The position numbers and the translations under genes were made by a program. DNA of 64,000 nt from Candidatus Acidiferrales bacterium. GTDB taxonomy: Bacteria; Acidobacteriota; Terriglobia; Acidiferrales; UBA7541. The notes under the pieces are model-generated. The model saw only the letters and a program-made list of their open reading frames with translations. It did not search any database and was not told where the DNA came from. Positions 36,015-45,812 of the stretch are shown here, one piece after another. Location: assembly GCA_035696345.1 (NCBI GenBank), contig DASRQU010000061.1:4599-68598 (forward strand). Direction: 5' to 3'. How positions within the stretch are numbered: position 1 is the stretch's first letter; the number at the start of each line of letters is the position of its first letter.

Positions 36015-37250
36015 ATGCGAATTTGGGATCGATCTTTGGGCGTGCGCTTCGTCACTTATTTTTTTATTATTTTATTTCTTGGCGCCATTTCCGCCGCGGC
36101 GCAAATGGCTCCCACTCGAACTTGGGAAGAATTAAAAGAAGAAACGCAACGCCGCGTGGATAAAAATCTCGGCCCGGTCGGCGGACTGAAATCCGAAGAG
36201 GCGCGTGAAGCGCTCTCCAACATCCACAGCCTGGACCGTGATGAATGGGCCGCAGCGTGGAGCGCCATTGGCGACCGCTACGCCAAGCGCGCAAAAAGCG
36301 AAGAGTCATCGAACAATACCGACGCGGCGCGCGACGACTACTTCTGGGCTTTCAAATATTACACGGCGGCTCGCTGGCCTGTGCCGAACTCCCCTGGCAA
36401 AGAAAAAGCTTACCAAAACGCGCTCGCGGCGTTCCGCAGCTACGGGAAGTTTCTCGATCCTCCCGTGGAGATCGTGCACATACCGTTCGAGGGCAAGGAA
36501 ATTACCGGATACATCCGGCTGCCAAAAAACGTCCGGCCTGCGCCGGTGATTTTCATGATCAACGGAACCGATTCGCGCAAAGAAGATGAAATCGGAGGCC
36601 GCGAGTCCACATTTCGCAGTGGAATTGGCATTGTTGCGGTGGACATGCCCGGTACCGGTGAATCGCCGATCAAAGCCGACGCAGGTTCCGAGCGCATGTT
36701 TTCCTGCGTGCTGGATTACCTGGCCACGCGGCCCGATATTGACAGCAAGCGAGTCGTTGCTTGGGGCACGAGTTACGGCGGGCACTGGTCCGCAATTCTG
36801 GCGTACAAGGATCGCGCGCGCCTTTTAGGAGCCGTGGTGCAAGGCGGCCCGGTGCATGATTACTACACGCCGGAGTGGCAGAAAAAATCCCTGGGCACGC
36901 CTGAGTATTTGTTTGATCTGTTCGCGGCGCGCGCCGCCGTTTACGGAGTCAAAACGCTGGACGAATTTTACGCGTTCAATCCGCGTCTCTCGATTAAGAC
37001 GCAAGGCCTGCTTGGTCAACCGTCCGCGCCGATGCTCGTGTTGAACGGCGAAAAAGACAGCCAAGTGCCGATTTCCGATCTGTACATGCTGATGCAATCG
37101 GGAGGCTCGCCCAAGTGGTCGTGGGTAAATCCTGACGGTGGCCATACGGGCCGGTCGACAGAGTGGCCCAACTCCAGAATCGGCGAGGAAATTATAATGC
37201 CTTGGATCAAGGCAAGGCTGGAACCACCCCACGACAAAAATAAAATGTAG
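36015..37250 (+). CDS. Secreted alpha/beta hydrolase (FrsA/DUF1100-like esterase)
   Basis: GGAGG RBS. A signal or anchor segment. Nucleophile elbow GTSYGGHWS and LVLNGEKDSQVP. Confidence 0.8.
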   Translation: MRIWDRSLGVRFVTYFFIILFLGAISAAAQMAPTRTWEELKEETQRRVDKNLGPVGGLKSEEAREALSNIHSLDRDEWAAAWSAIGDRYAKRAKSEESSNNTDAARDDYFWAFKYYTAARWPVPNSPGKEKAYQNALAAFRSYGKFLDPPVEIVHIPFEGKEITGYIRLPKNVRPAPVIFMINGTDSRKEDEIGGRESTFRSGIGIVAVDMPGTGESPIKADAGSERMFSCVLDYLATRPDIDSKRVVAWGTSYGGHWSAILAYKDRARLLGAVVQGGPVHDYYTPEWQKKSLGTPEYLFDLFAARAAVYGVKTLDEFYAFNPRLSIKTQGLLGQPSAPMLVLNGEKDSQVPISDLYMLMQSGGSPKWSWVNPDGGHTGRSTEWPNSRIGEEIIMPWIKARLEPPHDKNKM

Positions 37251-37256
37251 GTCCAC

Positions 37257-37360
37257 GTGGCGTAGGCTTTAGCCTCCGGGGGCTGGTGCTTGACTGACTG
37301 GACCCCGAGGGGTTTGATCTTTTGCGAGGACTAAACCCCGCGGGCTGAAGCCTACGCCAC
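37257..37360. repeat. Paired REP-like element (GTGGCGTAGGC subfamily)
   Basis: GTGGCGTAGGCTTTAGCCTCCGGGG ... CCCGCGGGCTGAAGCCTACGCCAC. Confidence 0.8.
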
Positions 37361-37372
37361 ATCATCGACTGC

Positions 37373-37900
37373 TCACTTCACGGAATTGCCAGACGCCGCA
37401 GGCCTCGCCGCGGGATATTCCGACTCGTGAAACGTCCCGATGTACCAGTGCCCGTTTTGCTTCGCCATCAACACAATCATCAAGCCCTTGCGCGCGGGAA
37501 TCTCCGACCCATCCGCAGCCTTCGTCCCGGTGATCACCGTGTCGAGGTCAACTGATGCCAGCTCAGGGCTGAAATAGCGAATGCTTCTCACCGTGTCCGT
37601 GCGCACGGAATCTCTCAGGTTTCCGTTAAAAAGTCCCGCAAACCACGTCTCGATATCTTTGCGGCCATGGCTGTGGTTTCCGCGCATGTTGGTGAAATCC
37701 GCGTCGTTGGCGAAGGTCATCGCCACGCCATGCGCATCATGATGCGTGAAATTTTCGGAAAAATCGGCGCACGTCTTGGTGATGGCGACCGAATCCGCTT
37801 CTGTGTTCGCCGCCTGGCTTTGCTGCGCTGAGGAGACGCGCGGAAATGCCGACAGCGCCAGCGAAAAAGTAGAAATCGCCATCATTTTTAGGAAACGCAT
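37373..37900 (-). CDS. Secreted SnoaL-like / SgcJ-EcaC (DUF4440) family protein
   Basis: Signal peptide MRFLKMMAISTFSLALSAFPRVSSAQ. DAHGVAMTFANDADFTNMRG...GHWYIGTFH is typical of the NTF2-like fold. Confidence 0.75.
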   Translation of the reverse strand: MRFLKMMAISTFSLALSAFPRVSSAQQSQAANTEADSVAITKTCADFSENFTHHDAHGVAMTFANDADFTNMRGNHSHGRKDIETWFAGLFNGNLRDSVRTDTVRSIRYFSPELASVDLDTVITGTKAADGSEIPARKGLMIVLMAKQNGHWYIGTFHESEYPAARPAASGNSVK

Positions 37901-38116
37901 GGGACCTCCGCCACGTATTTATATGCGAATAGCTTGTGAATGGGCGACGCAATCATACGCCAAATGAAGTTGAGCAGAAATATATTTGTCCTTGAATAAA
38001 GCGGCACAATCGTTGGTGTCCGGCCGAATTATTATTGACAAAGCACTTAAACTGAAACAAGCTCAGCACCTCAAAACTGACAACCAAGAATATGAATTCG
38101 CTGCGGGAGGCTGTCT

Positions 38117-39727
38117 ATGAGTGGAATCACACGGCGTGGGTTCGTGAAAGGCGCGGCGCTGGCGCCGCTTGCATTTACGCCGCTGAGCGGGATGGCGCAG
38201 CAGTCCGCGCGGCCGGATCGGTTTGACATCGTCGTCGCGGGCGCGGGCCACAACAGCCTGGTGACCGCGGCCTACCTGTCCAAGGCCGGATTTCGCTGCG
38301 TCGTTCTCGAAGGGCGGCCCACAGTCGGTGGCGGCGTGAAATCCGCGCAGCTCACCATTCGCGGTTTCACGCATGACACCTGTTCCTCCGCGCACGGCGG
38401 CATCACCGAAAATCCGCTGCTCCGTGACAAAGAAATCGACCTCGCCCCCTACGGCCTGGAATACATTTATCCCGATCCCGTCTTTCACATGCCGTTTCTC
38501 GACGGCGCGTACATTACGCAATGGAAAGATCCCGAACGCACGCGCGATTCTTTTGCACGAATCAATAAAAAAGACGGCGAGACCTATTGGCGCATGTTCA
38601 AGGAATCCGAGAACATGCAGCCCACCGCAAAGTTCTGGCAGCGACGCCTCGCCATGTCCCACTGGGACATCATTCGCATGAACTTCGAGGATGTGCATTC
38701 GCGGTGTTTCATGCTGGCTTGCCCGTGGTCTCAGCAGCCGCCGCAATTTCCGATGACCGGGCGCGTCGCCTACGGCCCCTTTAATCAGCAAAGAAATGGA
38801 CGCCCTATGCCCAAGGGCGGCTCAGGAAAATTGGGAGAGGCGCTCGCCAAATATATTCAGGCGCATGACGGCGTGATTCTGACGGGAAAGCCTGTCGCGC
38901 AACTCATTATTGAAAACGGAAAATGTACGGGCGTCGAATGCGCCGACGGCAGCAAGTTTTACGCAGACAAAGCGGTGCTCTCAACCATTCACATCAAGCA
39001 CCTCGTAGACATGGCGCCGAAAGAATTGTGGGGGAAAGATTTCGTGGACGGCGTGGAAACGTGGCAGCCGGAATTTCAGATGATGAGCACGAATTATGCT
39101 ACTTCCGTGCCACTCACTTATCAGACTGCAGACGGACCGCTCTCACCCGTGCATTCCGAATTGCTGGCCAGCCCCGAGCGCGCGCTGCGTTTCGCATTTG
39201 ACTATTACTCTGGCGTGCCAAATCTGGAGGAGCCTCCGGTTCATCTCATCCAGACTTCCGTTGCCGATCCCACCCGCGCGCCTGCGGGGATGCACACCGT
39301 TAAGGTAGTTGGCTACCACCCGTACGATCTGAAAGAAGGCCCGCATCATTGGGACAACATCAAGGAACATGTGGCCGACGAAACGCTGAAATATATTCAG
39401 CTTTTTTCGCCGACTCTTACGCACGATAAGATTCTGGAGCGCGAAGTGATGAGCCCGCTTGACCTCGAGCGCATGAATCCGCACAACTGGCATGGCAGTT
39501 GCCACGCGGGAGGTTCGGGCCCCGCGCAAGCCGGTCAGAATCGTCCGATGCCGGGCTGGGCGAATTACAAGATGCCGATTCCCGGCTTGTATCAAACCGG
39601 CGGTACAACGGCTCCGGGCGGATCGGTTTCCGGCCAGCCGGGGCGCAATGCTGCAATCGTGATGCTCAAGGATCTTGGCACCAGCATTGAGCAGGTAGCG
39701 GCCAAGAAAGAAACGAGCAAATCGTAG
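38117..39727 (+). CDS. Tat-exported FAD/NAD(P)-binding oxidoreductase of the phytoene-desaturase-related (COG1233) family
   Basis: Tat signal MSGITRRGFVKGAALAPLAF. Dinucleotide fold FDIVVAGAGHNSLVTAAYLSKAGFRCVVLEGRPTVGGG. C-terminal LYQTGGTTAPGGSVSG. Confidence 0.85.
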   Translation: MSGITRRGFVKGAALAPLAFTPLSGMAQQSARPDRFDIVVAGAGHNSLVTAAYLSKAGFRCVVLEGRPTVGGGVKSAQLTIRGFTHDTCSSAHGGITENPLLRDKEIDLAPYGLEYIYPDPVFHMPFLDGAYITQWKDPERTRDSFARINKKDGETYWRMFKESENMQPTAKFWQRRLAMSHWDIIRMNFEDVHSRCFMLACPWSQQPPQFPMTGRVAYGPFNQQRNGRPMPKGGSGKLGEALAKYIQAHDGVILTGKPVAQLIIENGKCTGVECADGSKFYADKAVLSTIHIKHLVDMAPKELWGKDFVDGVETWQPEFQMMSTNYATSVPLTYQTADGPLSPVHSELLASPERALRFAFDYYSGVPNLEEPPVHLIQTSVADPTRAPAGMHTVKVVGYHPYDLKEGPHHWDNIKEHVADETLKYIQLFSPTLTHDKILEREVMSPLDLERMNPHNWHGSCHAGGSGPAQAGQNRPMPGWANYKMPIPGLYQTGGTTAPGGSVSGQPGRNAAIVMLKDLGTSIEQVAAKKETSKS

Positions 39728-39753
39728 GAAAAGTTTTTCAAAACTATTTTTTC

Positions 39754-40374
39754 GTGCGTTCGCAAAGCAATCTAGGAGGGGATTTGAAAGGGATCACGAA
39801 ACTATCGGTCAGCACTCTAAGCGCCGCCGCGTTATTTGCTGTACTGTTTTTCTTCGCGCAAAGTGCGCGGGCACAACAAACGGCGGCCGCTGCGGCGCCC
39901 GAAATTAAGCAGGAAGTCCCCGATAATCCCGTGGAGCATGCGCCGCCCGACCAGCCGCTTCCCTACAGCCACAAAACGCACGCGGGGACGCTCGGCTTGC
40001 CGTGCATGAGTTGCCACACCAATCCGGAGCCCGGCAATATGATGACGTTTCCCACCGCGGCGAAGTGCATGTCGTGCCATCGCGCCGTCGCTACCAACAA
40101 GCCCGCGATCAGAAAACTCGCGGAACTTTCCAAATCAGCTCAGCCGATTCCCTGGGTACGCGTCTATAAGGTTCTCCCGGGCGTGAATTGGACGCACCGC
40201 AAACACCTCGAAGCCGGGCTGAAATGTCAGATGTGCCATGGGCAAGTGCAGGAACTGGATCGGATGGCTGAGAACACCAGCGTGACTACGATGGGCGTCT
40301 GCCTCAAATGCCATCAGGATCACGGCGCGCCAGTCGTATGCTCGACGTGCCATTCCTGGCCGCCCGCAAATTAG
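39754..40374 (+). CDS. Membrane-anchored pentaheme c-type cytochrome (cytochrome c3/ActA-like)
   Basis: Five CxxCH motifs (CMSCH, CMSCH, CQMCH, CLKCH, CSTCH). N-terminal hydrophobic anchor LSAAALFAVLFFFAQSARA. The start is GTG 39754 or TTG 39784 (the latter follows AGGAGGGG). The gene lies 26 nt after the flavoprotein stop. Confidence 0.8.
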   Translation: MRSQSNLGGDLKGITKLSVSTLSAAALFAVLFFFAQSARAQQTAAAAAPEIKQEVPDNPVEHAPPDQPLPYSHKTHAGTLGLPCMSCHTNPEPGNMMTFPTAAKCMSCHRAVATNKPAIRKLAELSKSAQPIPWVRVYKVLPGVNWTHRKHLEAGLKCQMCHGQVQELDRMAENTSVTTMGVCLKCHQDHGAPVVCSTCHSWPPAN

Positions 40375-40443
40375 AATAGAGTTGAAAGCCACCCGAGAAT
40401 GAATTTTTGTGAATCGCGGCTTCACACGTTGCGCGAAAAAATC

Positions 40444-40534
40444 TGTCATTTCGAGCAACCCATTTCAGCTGAGGAATCTCTCTTCGTTTTGGACTCAACA
40501 TCGAAGAGAGCTTCCTCGCTACGTTCGCAATGAC
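40444..40534. repeat. Degenerate paired element of the GTCATTCCGAGC...GAGGAATC family
   Basis: TGTCATTTCGAGCAACC..GAGGAATCTCTCTTCG ... CGAAGAGAGCTTCCTCGCTACGTTCGCAATGAC. Confidence 0.7.
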
Positions 40535-40546
40535 GATCAGTCGTCG

Positions 40547-40614
40547 AGTAGCACAGCCACTCTCGGCTGTGTGCACCTTGCAAAACCCACACAGGCAAGA
40601 GTGCCTGTGCTACT
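40547..40614. repeat. Paired REP-like element (GTAGCACAGSC subfamily)
   Basis: AGTAGCACAGCCACTCTCGGCTGTG ... CACAGGCAAGAGTGCCTGTGCTACT. Confidence 0.75.
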
Positions 40615-40722
40615 CAAACATTCGCTTAAGCAGTTATGCCGCGGCCTGCTCAGCCGCGGCATAAATTCCGGGAATGGATTCGGCTTTAGCCGCTGAAGGC
40701 CAGTCGAGGTCGGGGGACACTC

Positions 40723-41409
40723 GTGAAGTCATCATCTCAAATTCTTTTGGGCCTTTTGCTATTCCTTGGATTTGGCATCCTAGCGAAGTACTACCTGCAC
40801 GCGCAGTCCAAGCAATTGCCAAGCGAAACCGCTTCATTCCCGAAAGATATTTATCCGGACACCGGCAATCGCCTTCCGGCGATCAAACGAGAGGACCTCG
40901 ACGACGCCGGGAAAAAACTTTTCGATGCCAAAGGGCCTTCCGATACGTATGGTCCGGGCTCGATTCGCCTTTACAGCTTGCCCGTGGAGCAATATGCGGA
41001 AACCACGAACGATTTTCTGCGGCACAAGGCTGGAATTGATCCGCGCATTGTGGAGCTGGTGATTCTGGTAACGGCTCGCGAAGAGGACTGCGCCTATGTG
41101 TGGAACGCGCATGAACCACAAGGTTTGAAAGCGGGATTGCCCAAGGAAACCGTCGACATCGTCCGCGACCGCAAACCATTGGTGGGAGTGGAGGAAAAGT
41201 ACGCTGCGGTGATTCAACTTGGTCGCGAAGTGCTGGAAAAGCACCACGTCGAGTCCGCGACCGCCGCCCACGCATTGAAATTGTTCGGAAAGGAGGGTTT
41301 GGTCAATCTGGTATCTCTGATGGGAGATTATGCTTCCACGGAAATTCTTCTGAACACTTTCGATCAGCATGTCCGCCCGACTGAAAAATCCCTGTTGCCA
41401 GTTCCCTAA
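40723..41409 (+). CDS. Carboxymuconolactone decarboxylase (AhpD-like) family protein with signal peptide
   Basis: GTG start. Signal peptide SSQILLGLLLFLGFGILA. VILVTAREEDCAYVWNAHEPQGLKAGL is CMD-like. Confidence 0.8.
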   Translation: MKSSSQILLGLLLFLGFGILAKYYLHAQSKQLPSETASFPKDIYPDTGNRLPAIKREDLDDAGKKLFDAKGPSDTYGPGSIRLYSLPVEQYAETTNDFLRHKAGIDPRIVELVILVTAREEDCAYVWNAHEPQGLKAGLPKETVDIVRDRKPLVGVEEKYAAVIQLGREVLEKHHVESATAAHALKLFGKEGLVNLVSLMGDYASTEILLNTFDQHVRPTEKSLLPVP

Positions 41410-41433
41410 TCTTTTATTAAGCGGGGCGTCTCG

Positions 41434-41517
41434 AGTAGGACAGGCTTCAGCCTGTCTATTTTGATGTTCTATGCGAACGCAGAAATCAAAGGAAGACAGG
41501 CTGAAGCCTGTCCTACT
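41434..41517. repeat. Paired REP-like element (GTAG-stem-TTCA family), near-perfect copy
   Basis: AGTAGGACAGGCTTCAGCCTGTCT (41434-41457) and AGACAGGCTGAAGCCTGTCCTACT (41494-41517). Confidence 0.9.
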
Positions 41518-41542
41518 TGAGGCGACTGCGCCACAGACCAGG

Positions 41543-42535
41543 TTAGTCACCCTCCGCGTAAAATCGCTCGACTGCATCGGCGATCCAGCCAGGGTTTTCC
41601 CAGTTGGGATATTTTGTGCGGAATTCCACCGTCAGCAATTTCGCGGTTTCCTCCGCTGATTTTCCCTGCGATTTCAAGGCCGCGACGCGCTGTTGCACCA
41701 CCTGAAGATATTCGCGCTCCGTCGCGATCAGCGACGCTTCTCCCGCTCCCCCATGTCCGGGAACGACGATCCGAGGATGCAGCGCGTCCAGCTTGTCCAA
41801 AATGGATAGCCAGTTTTTTCCGCTCGCGTCGGCATCCGGAAAAATGGGGAAGAATCGATTAATCACCGCGTCTCCCGTAAACAAGACGCTATCATCTTCC
41901 ACCAGAACAAACTCGTCGCCGCGCGTGTGCGCCGCACCCAGCCACAGCAGCCGCACGGTCACGCCGCCCAAATCCAGTTTCGCCTCATGATCGAAGACGA
42001 TGTCCGGGGGGCGCGGCTTCACATCCTGCAAAAGCGCTTTCATCTCCGGCGTCCTGCGGCTGAAATTGCGAATAAATTCCGGTTGCTTGCGATCCACTTC
42101 CTCCTGCTGCGCCTCGGGGCGAATCACAATCGTGTCTGCGGGAAATGCCTGTCCGCCAGTCATGTGTTCCGGATGAAAATGTGTTGTCGTGAAAAATAAC
42201 TCGGGATTCTTGCTGACTTTGGCAACTTCGCGTAAAACTGCTTCCCCGTTTTTCGGTCCCATCCCGGCGTCCACGATCAGCGTCGCCCGGCTACCCACGA
42301 TGATGCCAATGTTTGGGACAAGATTTGCGCGGCCATCGGGAATCTCGTAAACGTGCTCCGAAACTTTTATGGTCTTGTTTTCCTGCACGAGTGGCACGGG
42401 TTGCGATTGATTATGGCCCATGGGCGCCGTTTCCTGCGGATTTTTCGCCGGGATGCCGGAGATAGCGCTGGTGATGCAAACGAAAATAAGGACAAAGGAA
42501 ATGGTGAGCGCGTGCGGACGTAAGCAATTGCTCAT
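41543..42535 (-). CDS. Secreted MBL-fold metallo-hydrolase
   Basis: A signal peptide, TTTHFHPEHMTG (HxHxDH-like motif), AHTRGD and VPGHG. Confidence 0.85.
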   Translation of the reverse strand: MSNCLRPHALTISFVLIFVCITSAISGIPAKNPQETAPMGHNQSQPVPLVQENKTIKVSEHVYEIPDGRANLVPNIGIIVGSRATLIVDAGMGPKNGEAVLREVAKVSKNPELFFTTTHFHPEHMTGGQAFPADTIVIRPEAQQEEVDRKQPEFIRNFSRRTPEMKALLQDVKPRPPDIVFDHEAKLDLGGVTVRLLWLGAAHTRGDEFVLVEDDSVLFTGDAVINRFFPIFPDADASGKNWLSILDKLDALHPRIVVPGHGGAGEASLIATEREYLQVVQQRVAALKSQGKSAEETAKLLTVEFRTKYPNWENPGWIADAVERFYAEGD

Positions 42536-42766
42536 GGTTGGCTCTCCTTAATACGGTTTGGCCGAGATGGGTCCTGACGATTGCGCTGTGGGCGAATGCT
42601 ATGGCCGCCGCCGAGTGTTGTCAACTGTCGCGAAGCACAGTCAGACTTCGGCCAATGCCGCCAAGCAAGCTGGCACATTTTAGTTTTACGGGGATTGGGT
42701 TGAGTGTATAAGTGTGTCGACCCGGTTCGGCAAAACCCAAGATTTTCTTTCGGAAAGGAAATTCTC

Positions 42767-43414
42767 GTGCAGCACGTTCTGGTGTACGGCGATTCGTTGT
42801 CCTGGGGAATTGTTCCCCACACACGCAAGAGACTGCCTTTTGACGAACGGTGGCCGGGCGTGCTGGAAAATAAACTGAAAGAGTTGGGTTACCCGCTGCG
42901 AATCATTGAAGATTGCCTGAACGGCAGGCGCACGGTGTGGGACGATCCCTTCAAACCGGGGCGCAACGGCCTCATTGGGCTTGCCCAATGCATGGAAAGA
43001 AATTCCCCACTGGCGCTCGTGATGCTGATGCTGGGCACGAACGATTTTCAGTTTTCGCATCCCCATAATACCGCTTGGGCAGCCGGTCAAGGAATTGCGA
43101 CGCTCGTCCATGAGATTAAACAGGCGCCAATTGAGCCTGGAATGGCGATCCCCCCGATCCTGGTGATATGCCCGCCCCCGATTACGGCTCCGCAAGGCCC
43201 GCTTGCGGAAAAATTTTCCGGCGCGGAAAAACGTTGCGCGGGGCTGGCCGACGCCTACGCCGCGATCTGCGCGGAGGTCGGTTGCCATTTCTTCGATTCG
43301 GCGTCCGCGATCACAAGCAGCAGTTCCGATGGCATTCACCTCGATGCCGAGCAGCATGCAGTATTGGGAAATGCCTTGGTGGGGGTCGTGGCAACCGTTT
43401 TAGCGGTGGTGTAA
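42767..43414 (+). CDS. SGNH/GDSL hydrolase (arylesterase-like)
   Basis: GTG start gives VQHVLVYGDSLSWG (block I GDS). LGTNDF (block III) and DGIHLD (block V). The upstream part of the ORF has no support. Confidence 0.8.
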   Translation: MQHVLVYGDSLSWGIVPHTRKRLPFDERWPGVLENKLKELGYPLRIIEDCLNGRRTVWDDPFKPGRNGLIGLAQCMERNSPLALVMLMLGTNDFQFSHPHNTAWAAGQGIATLVHEIKQAPIEPGMAIPPILVICPPPITAPQGPLAEKFSGAEKRCAGLADAYAAICAEVGCHFFDSASAITSSSSDGIHLDAEQHAVLGNALVGVVATVLAVV

Positions 43415-43434
43415 GCGCGGGACACTTCTAACTT

Positions 43435-44214
43435 CTACGCGCCGGTCCACTTTGGTTTGCGTTTGTTCAGGAACGCGTCCATGCCTTCTTGAAAATCGTG
43501 GCTCATGTAGCAGGCAAGGATCATGCTGCTGTCTTCCTCGGGCGTCATTTTTTCCTTGATGCGGCGGAGGGCTTCTTTCGTGACGCGCAGAGTAAGAGGA
43601 GCGCGTGAAGCCAAGGTGCGCGCGAGTTCGTCGGCGCGCGTTTGCAATGAGGCGAAGTCGGGCAGCACTTCGCTGAGCAAACCAATCGTGCGCGCCTCTT
43701 CCGCTTCCACCAATCGGCCCGTGAAAATAATATCCTTCACACGCGCTTGGCCAAGCAAGGCCACGAGGCGCACATAATTCGCCATCGACAAGCAATTGCC
43801 CAGCGTGCGGGATATGGGCATGCCGAAACGCGCGTTGGCCGCGCCGATACGTATATCGCAACACGATGCAATTGTGCTGCCTCCGCCTGTGCAGGCTCCC
43901 GAAACGGCGGCAATGGTGGGAAGGGGGATTCTTTCTATCCCATCGAGCATGGCGTTGATGCGCGCTTCGTAGTCGAGTGCGTCCTGCGCGCTGGACCATT
44001 TCTTAAACTCGGAAATGTCGGTGCCCGCGGCGAACGCCGTTTCATCCACGCCGCTGAGCACGAGTACGCGGATCGCGGGATCGGCACACGCTTGCTTGCA
44101 GATTTCCACGAGGCGCTCGTACATGCGAAACGTAAATGCGTTGCGCGCCTCGGGACGGTTGAAAGTGATGCGGCCTACTCCGTCGTTCGCTCGGTATAAA
44201 ACTTCCTCACTCAT
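43435..44214 (-). CDS. Enoyl-CoA hydratase/isomerase (crotonase) family protein
   Basis: ITFNRPEARNAF, FAAGTDISEF and AAVSGACTGGG. Confidence 0.9.
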   Translation of the reverse strand: MSEEVLYRANDGVGRITFNRPEARNAFTFRMYERLVEICKQACADPAIRVLVLSGVDETAFAAGTDISEFKKWSSAQDALDYEARINAMLDGIERIPLPTIAAVSGACTGGGSTIASCCDIRIGAANARFGMPISRTLGNCLSMANYVRLVALLGQARVKDIIFTGRLVEAEEARTIGLLSEVLPDFASLQTRADELARTLASRAPLTLRVTKEALRRIKEKMTPEEDSSMILACYMSHDFQEGMDAFLNKRKPKWTGA

Positions 44215-45452
44215 CGTGTCGCGCCTTTCTTCGTCGAGTCCGGCGTTTGCACTGCGCCCTCTTCCACCATGTGATCGATTTCTTTTTCGGAATAGTCTTG
44301 TTCCCGCAAAACTTCGCGCGTGTGCTCGCCGAAGACGGGCGCAGGCCTGTTCACGCCGCCCGGAGTTTCCGAAAATTTAATGGGCAGGCCGATCGCTTTT
44401 ACCTTTCCCGCAACCGGATGCGCGGTCTCGACGATCATTTCGCGCGAGATGGCCTGCGGGTCTGCGTGCATCTGCGCAATGTCCAGCACGGGACCTGCGG
44501 GAACGCCTGCGGATTCCAAGCGCGCCAGCCAATCGGCCACGGTGCGGCGTTTAAAAAGCGGCGTCAGGGCGTCGACCAGCACGGAAAGATTTGTCATGCG
44601 CTGCGCGTTATTCGCAAAACGAGGATCGTCGCCCAGTTGTGGAGCTTCCAGCGCGTTCAGGAGTCGCAGCCAGTTATCCTGATTTGCCGCGCCCACTGTG
44701 ATCCAACCATCGGAAGTGGGAAATGCCTGGTACGGACCATTCAAAGGATGCGCGGAACCCATCGGGCCGGGAGCCTTCCCGGTGGCAAAGCAGATTGCCG
44801 AATGCCAATAGGTGTGCGTGATTCCCGCTTCGAACAGAGATGTGTCCACCATCTGCCCTTGCCCTGTAGATTCGCGGGCGTGGAGCGCCGCCAGAATTCC
44901 GACACAGGCGAGAATTCCCGCGGTAATGTCCGTGACCGGGGCACCGGACTTCATCGGCGGGCCCCCTCGTTTTTCGCCCGTGATGCTCATCAATCCGGTC
45001 ATCCCCTGCGCGACCAAGTCAAAGCCGCCGCGATCCGCGTAGGGACCGGTGCGGCCGAATCCGGAGATTGAGCAGAAAATTAATTTGGGATTCAGGGCAT
45101 GCAGAGTTTCGTATCCGAAACCCATTTTTTCCATCGTGCCGCGGCGATAATTTTCGATCAGCACGTCCGCGTTCTTTAGCAAGCGGGTCAGAACCTCGCG
45201 GCCTTGTTCCGTTTTCAGGTTGAGGGCGATGCCGCGCTTGTTGCGGTTCATGATCAGAAACGCCGCGGATTCCTCCGCGATTTTGGGCGGCACCATGCGG
45301 CGGGAGTCATCACCGCCGGGAATTTTTTCTACCTTGATGACATCTGCGCCCATATCGGCGAGGAGCATCGAGCAGGTAGGCCCCGCCATGATGTGGGAGA
45401 GGTCCACGACTTTCAGTCCGTCGAGCGGTCCAAGTCTTTTCAGATCGTTCAC
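44211..45452 (-). CDS. Family III CoA-transferase (CaiB/BaiF)
   Basis: LDGLKVVDLSHIMAGPTCSMLLADMGADVIKVE and ADVLIENYRRG. The stop overlaps the hydratase start by 4 nt. Confidence 0.9.
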   Translation of the reverse strand: MNDLKRLGPLDGLKVVDLSHIMAGPTCSMLLADMGADVIKVEKIPGGDDSRRMVPPKIAEESAAFLIMNRNKRGIALNLKTEQGREVLTRLLKNADVLIENYRRGTMEKMGFGYETLHALNPKLIFCSISGFGRTGPYADRGGFDLVAQGMTGLMSITGEKRGGPPMKSGAPVTDITAGILACVGILAALHARESTGQGQMVDTSLFEAGITHTYWHSAICFATGKAPGPMGSAHPLNGPYQAFPTSDGWITVGAANQDNWLRLLNALEAPQLGDDPRFANNAQRMTNLSVLVDALTPLFKRRTVADWLARLESAGVPAGPVLDIAQMHADPQAISREMIVETAHPVAGKVKAIGLPIKFSETPGGVNRPAPVFGEHTREVLREQDYSEKEIDHMVEEGAVQTPDSTKKGATR

Positions 45453-45696
45453 CGTATTGAGCTCATTTCATTCTTAATTTAATAAAACCCAGTTCACAAT
45501 TGTATGAACCTACTTGACCGATAAAGCTTCAGGGGCTTAGGCTCCAACATTTGGATTACGGAAATGTCGCGGCTAAAACCGCGACCTACAAAGCGCGTTT
45601 GTAGGTGCCGGCTTGTGGTGGTCGAACTTCCGCGGAAGCGAGTTCTGTTACTCCCAGTACTCACCTAAAATGGCCCTCCCGCAAAGCGATTTTAAC

Positions 45697-45726
45697 TTGA
45701 CACGCTGCCGCGTGCCGCTCTATGAA
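45697..45726 (+). promoter_or_regulatory. Candidate sigma-70 promoter (TTGACA-18-TATGAA) for the cupredoxin/SCO1/PQQ-ADH genes
   Basis: TTGACAcgctgccgcgtgccgctcTATGAA lies about 90 nt upstream of ATG 45813. This is a sequence match only. Confidence 0.3.
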
Positions 45727-45812
45727 CACATGTCGAGAAAATTCCACCTGTTGAAGATAAACTATCCCGCTTCGGTGGGACGAAAATATTTGAAAATTCT
45801 TGTGGAGGATGA

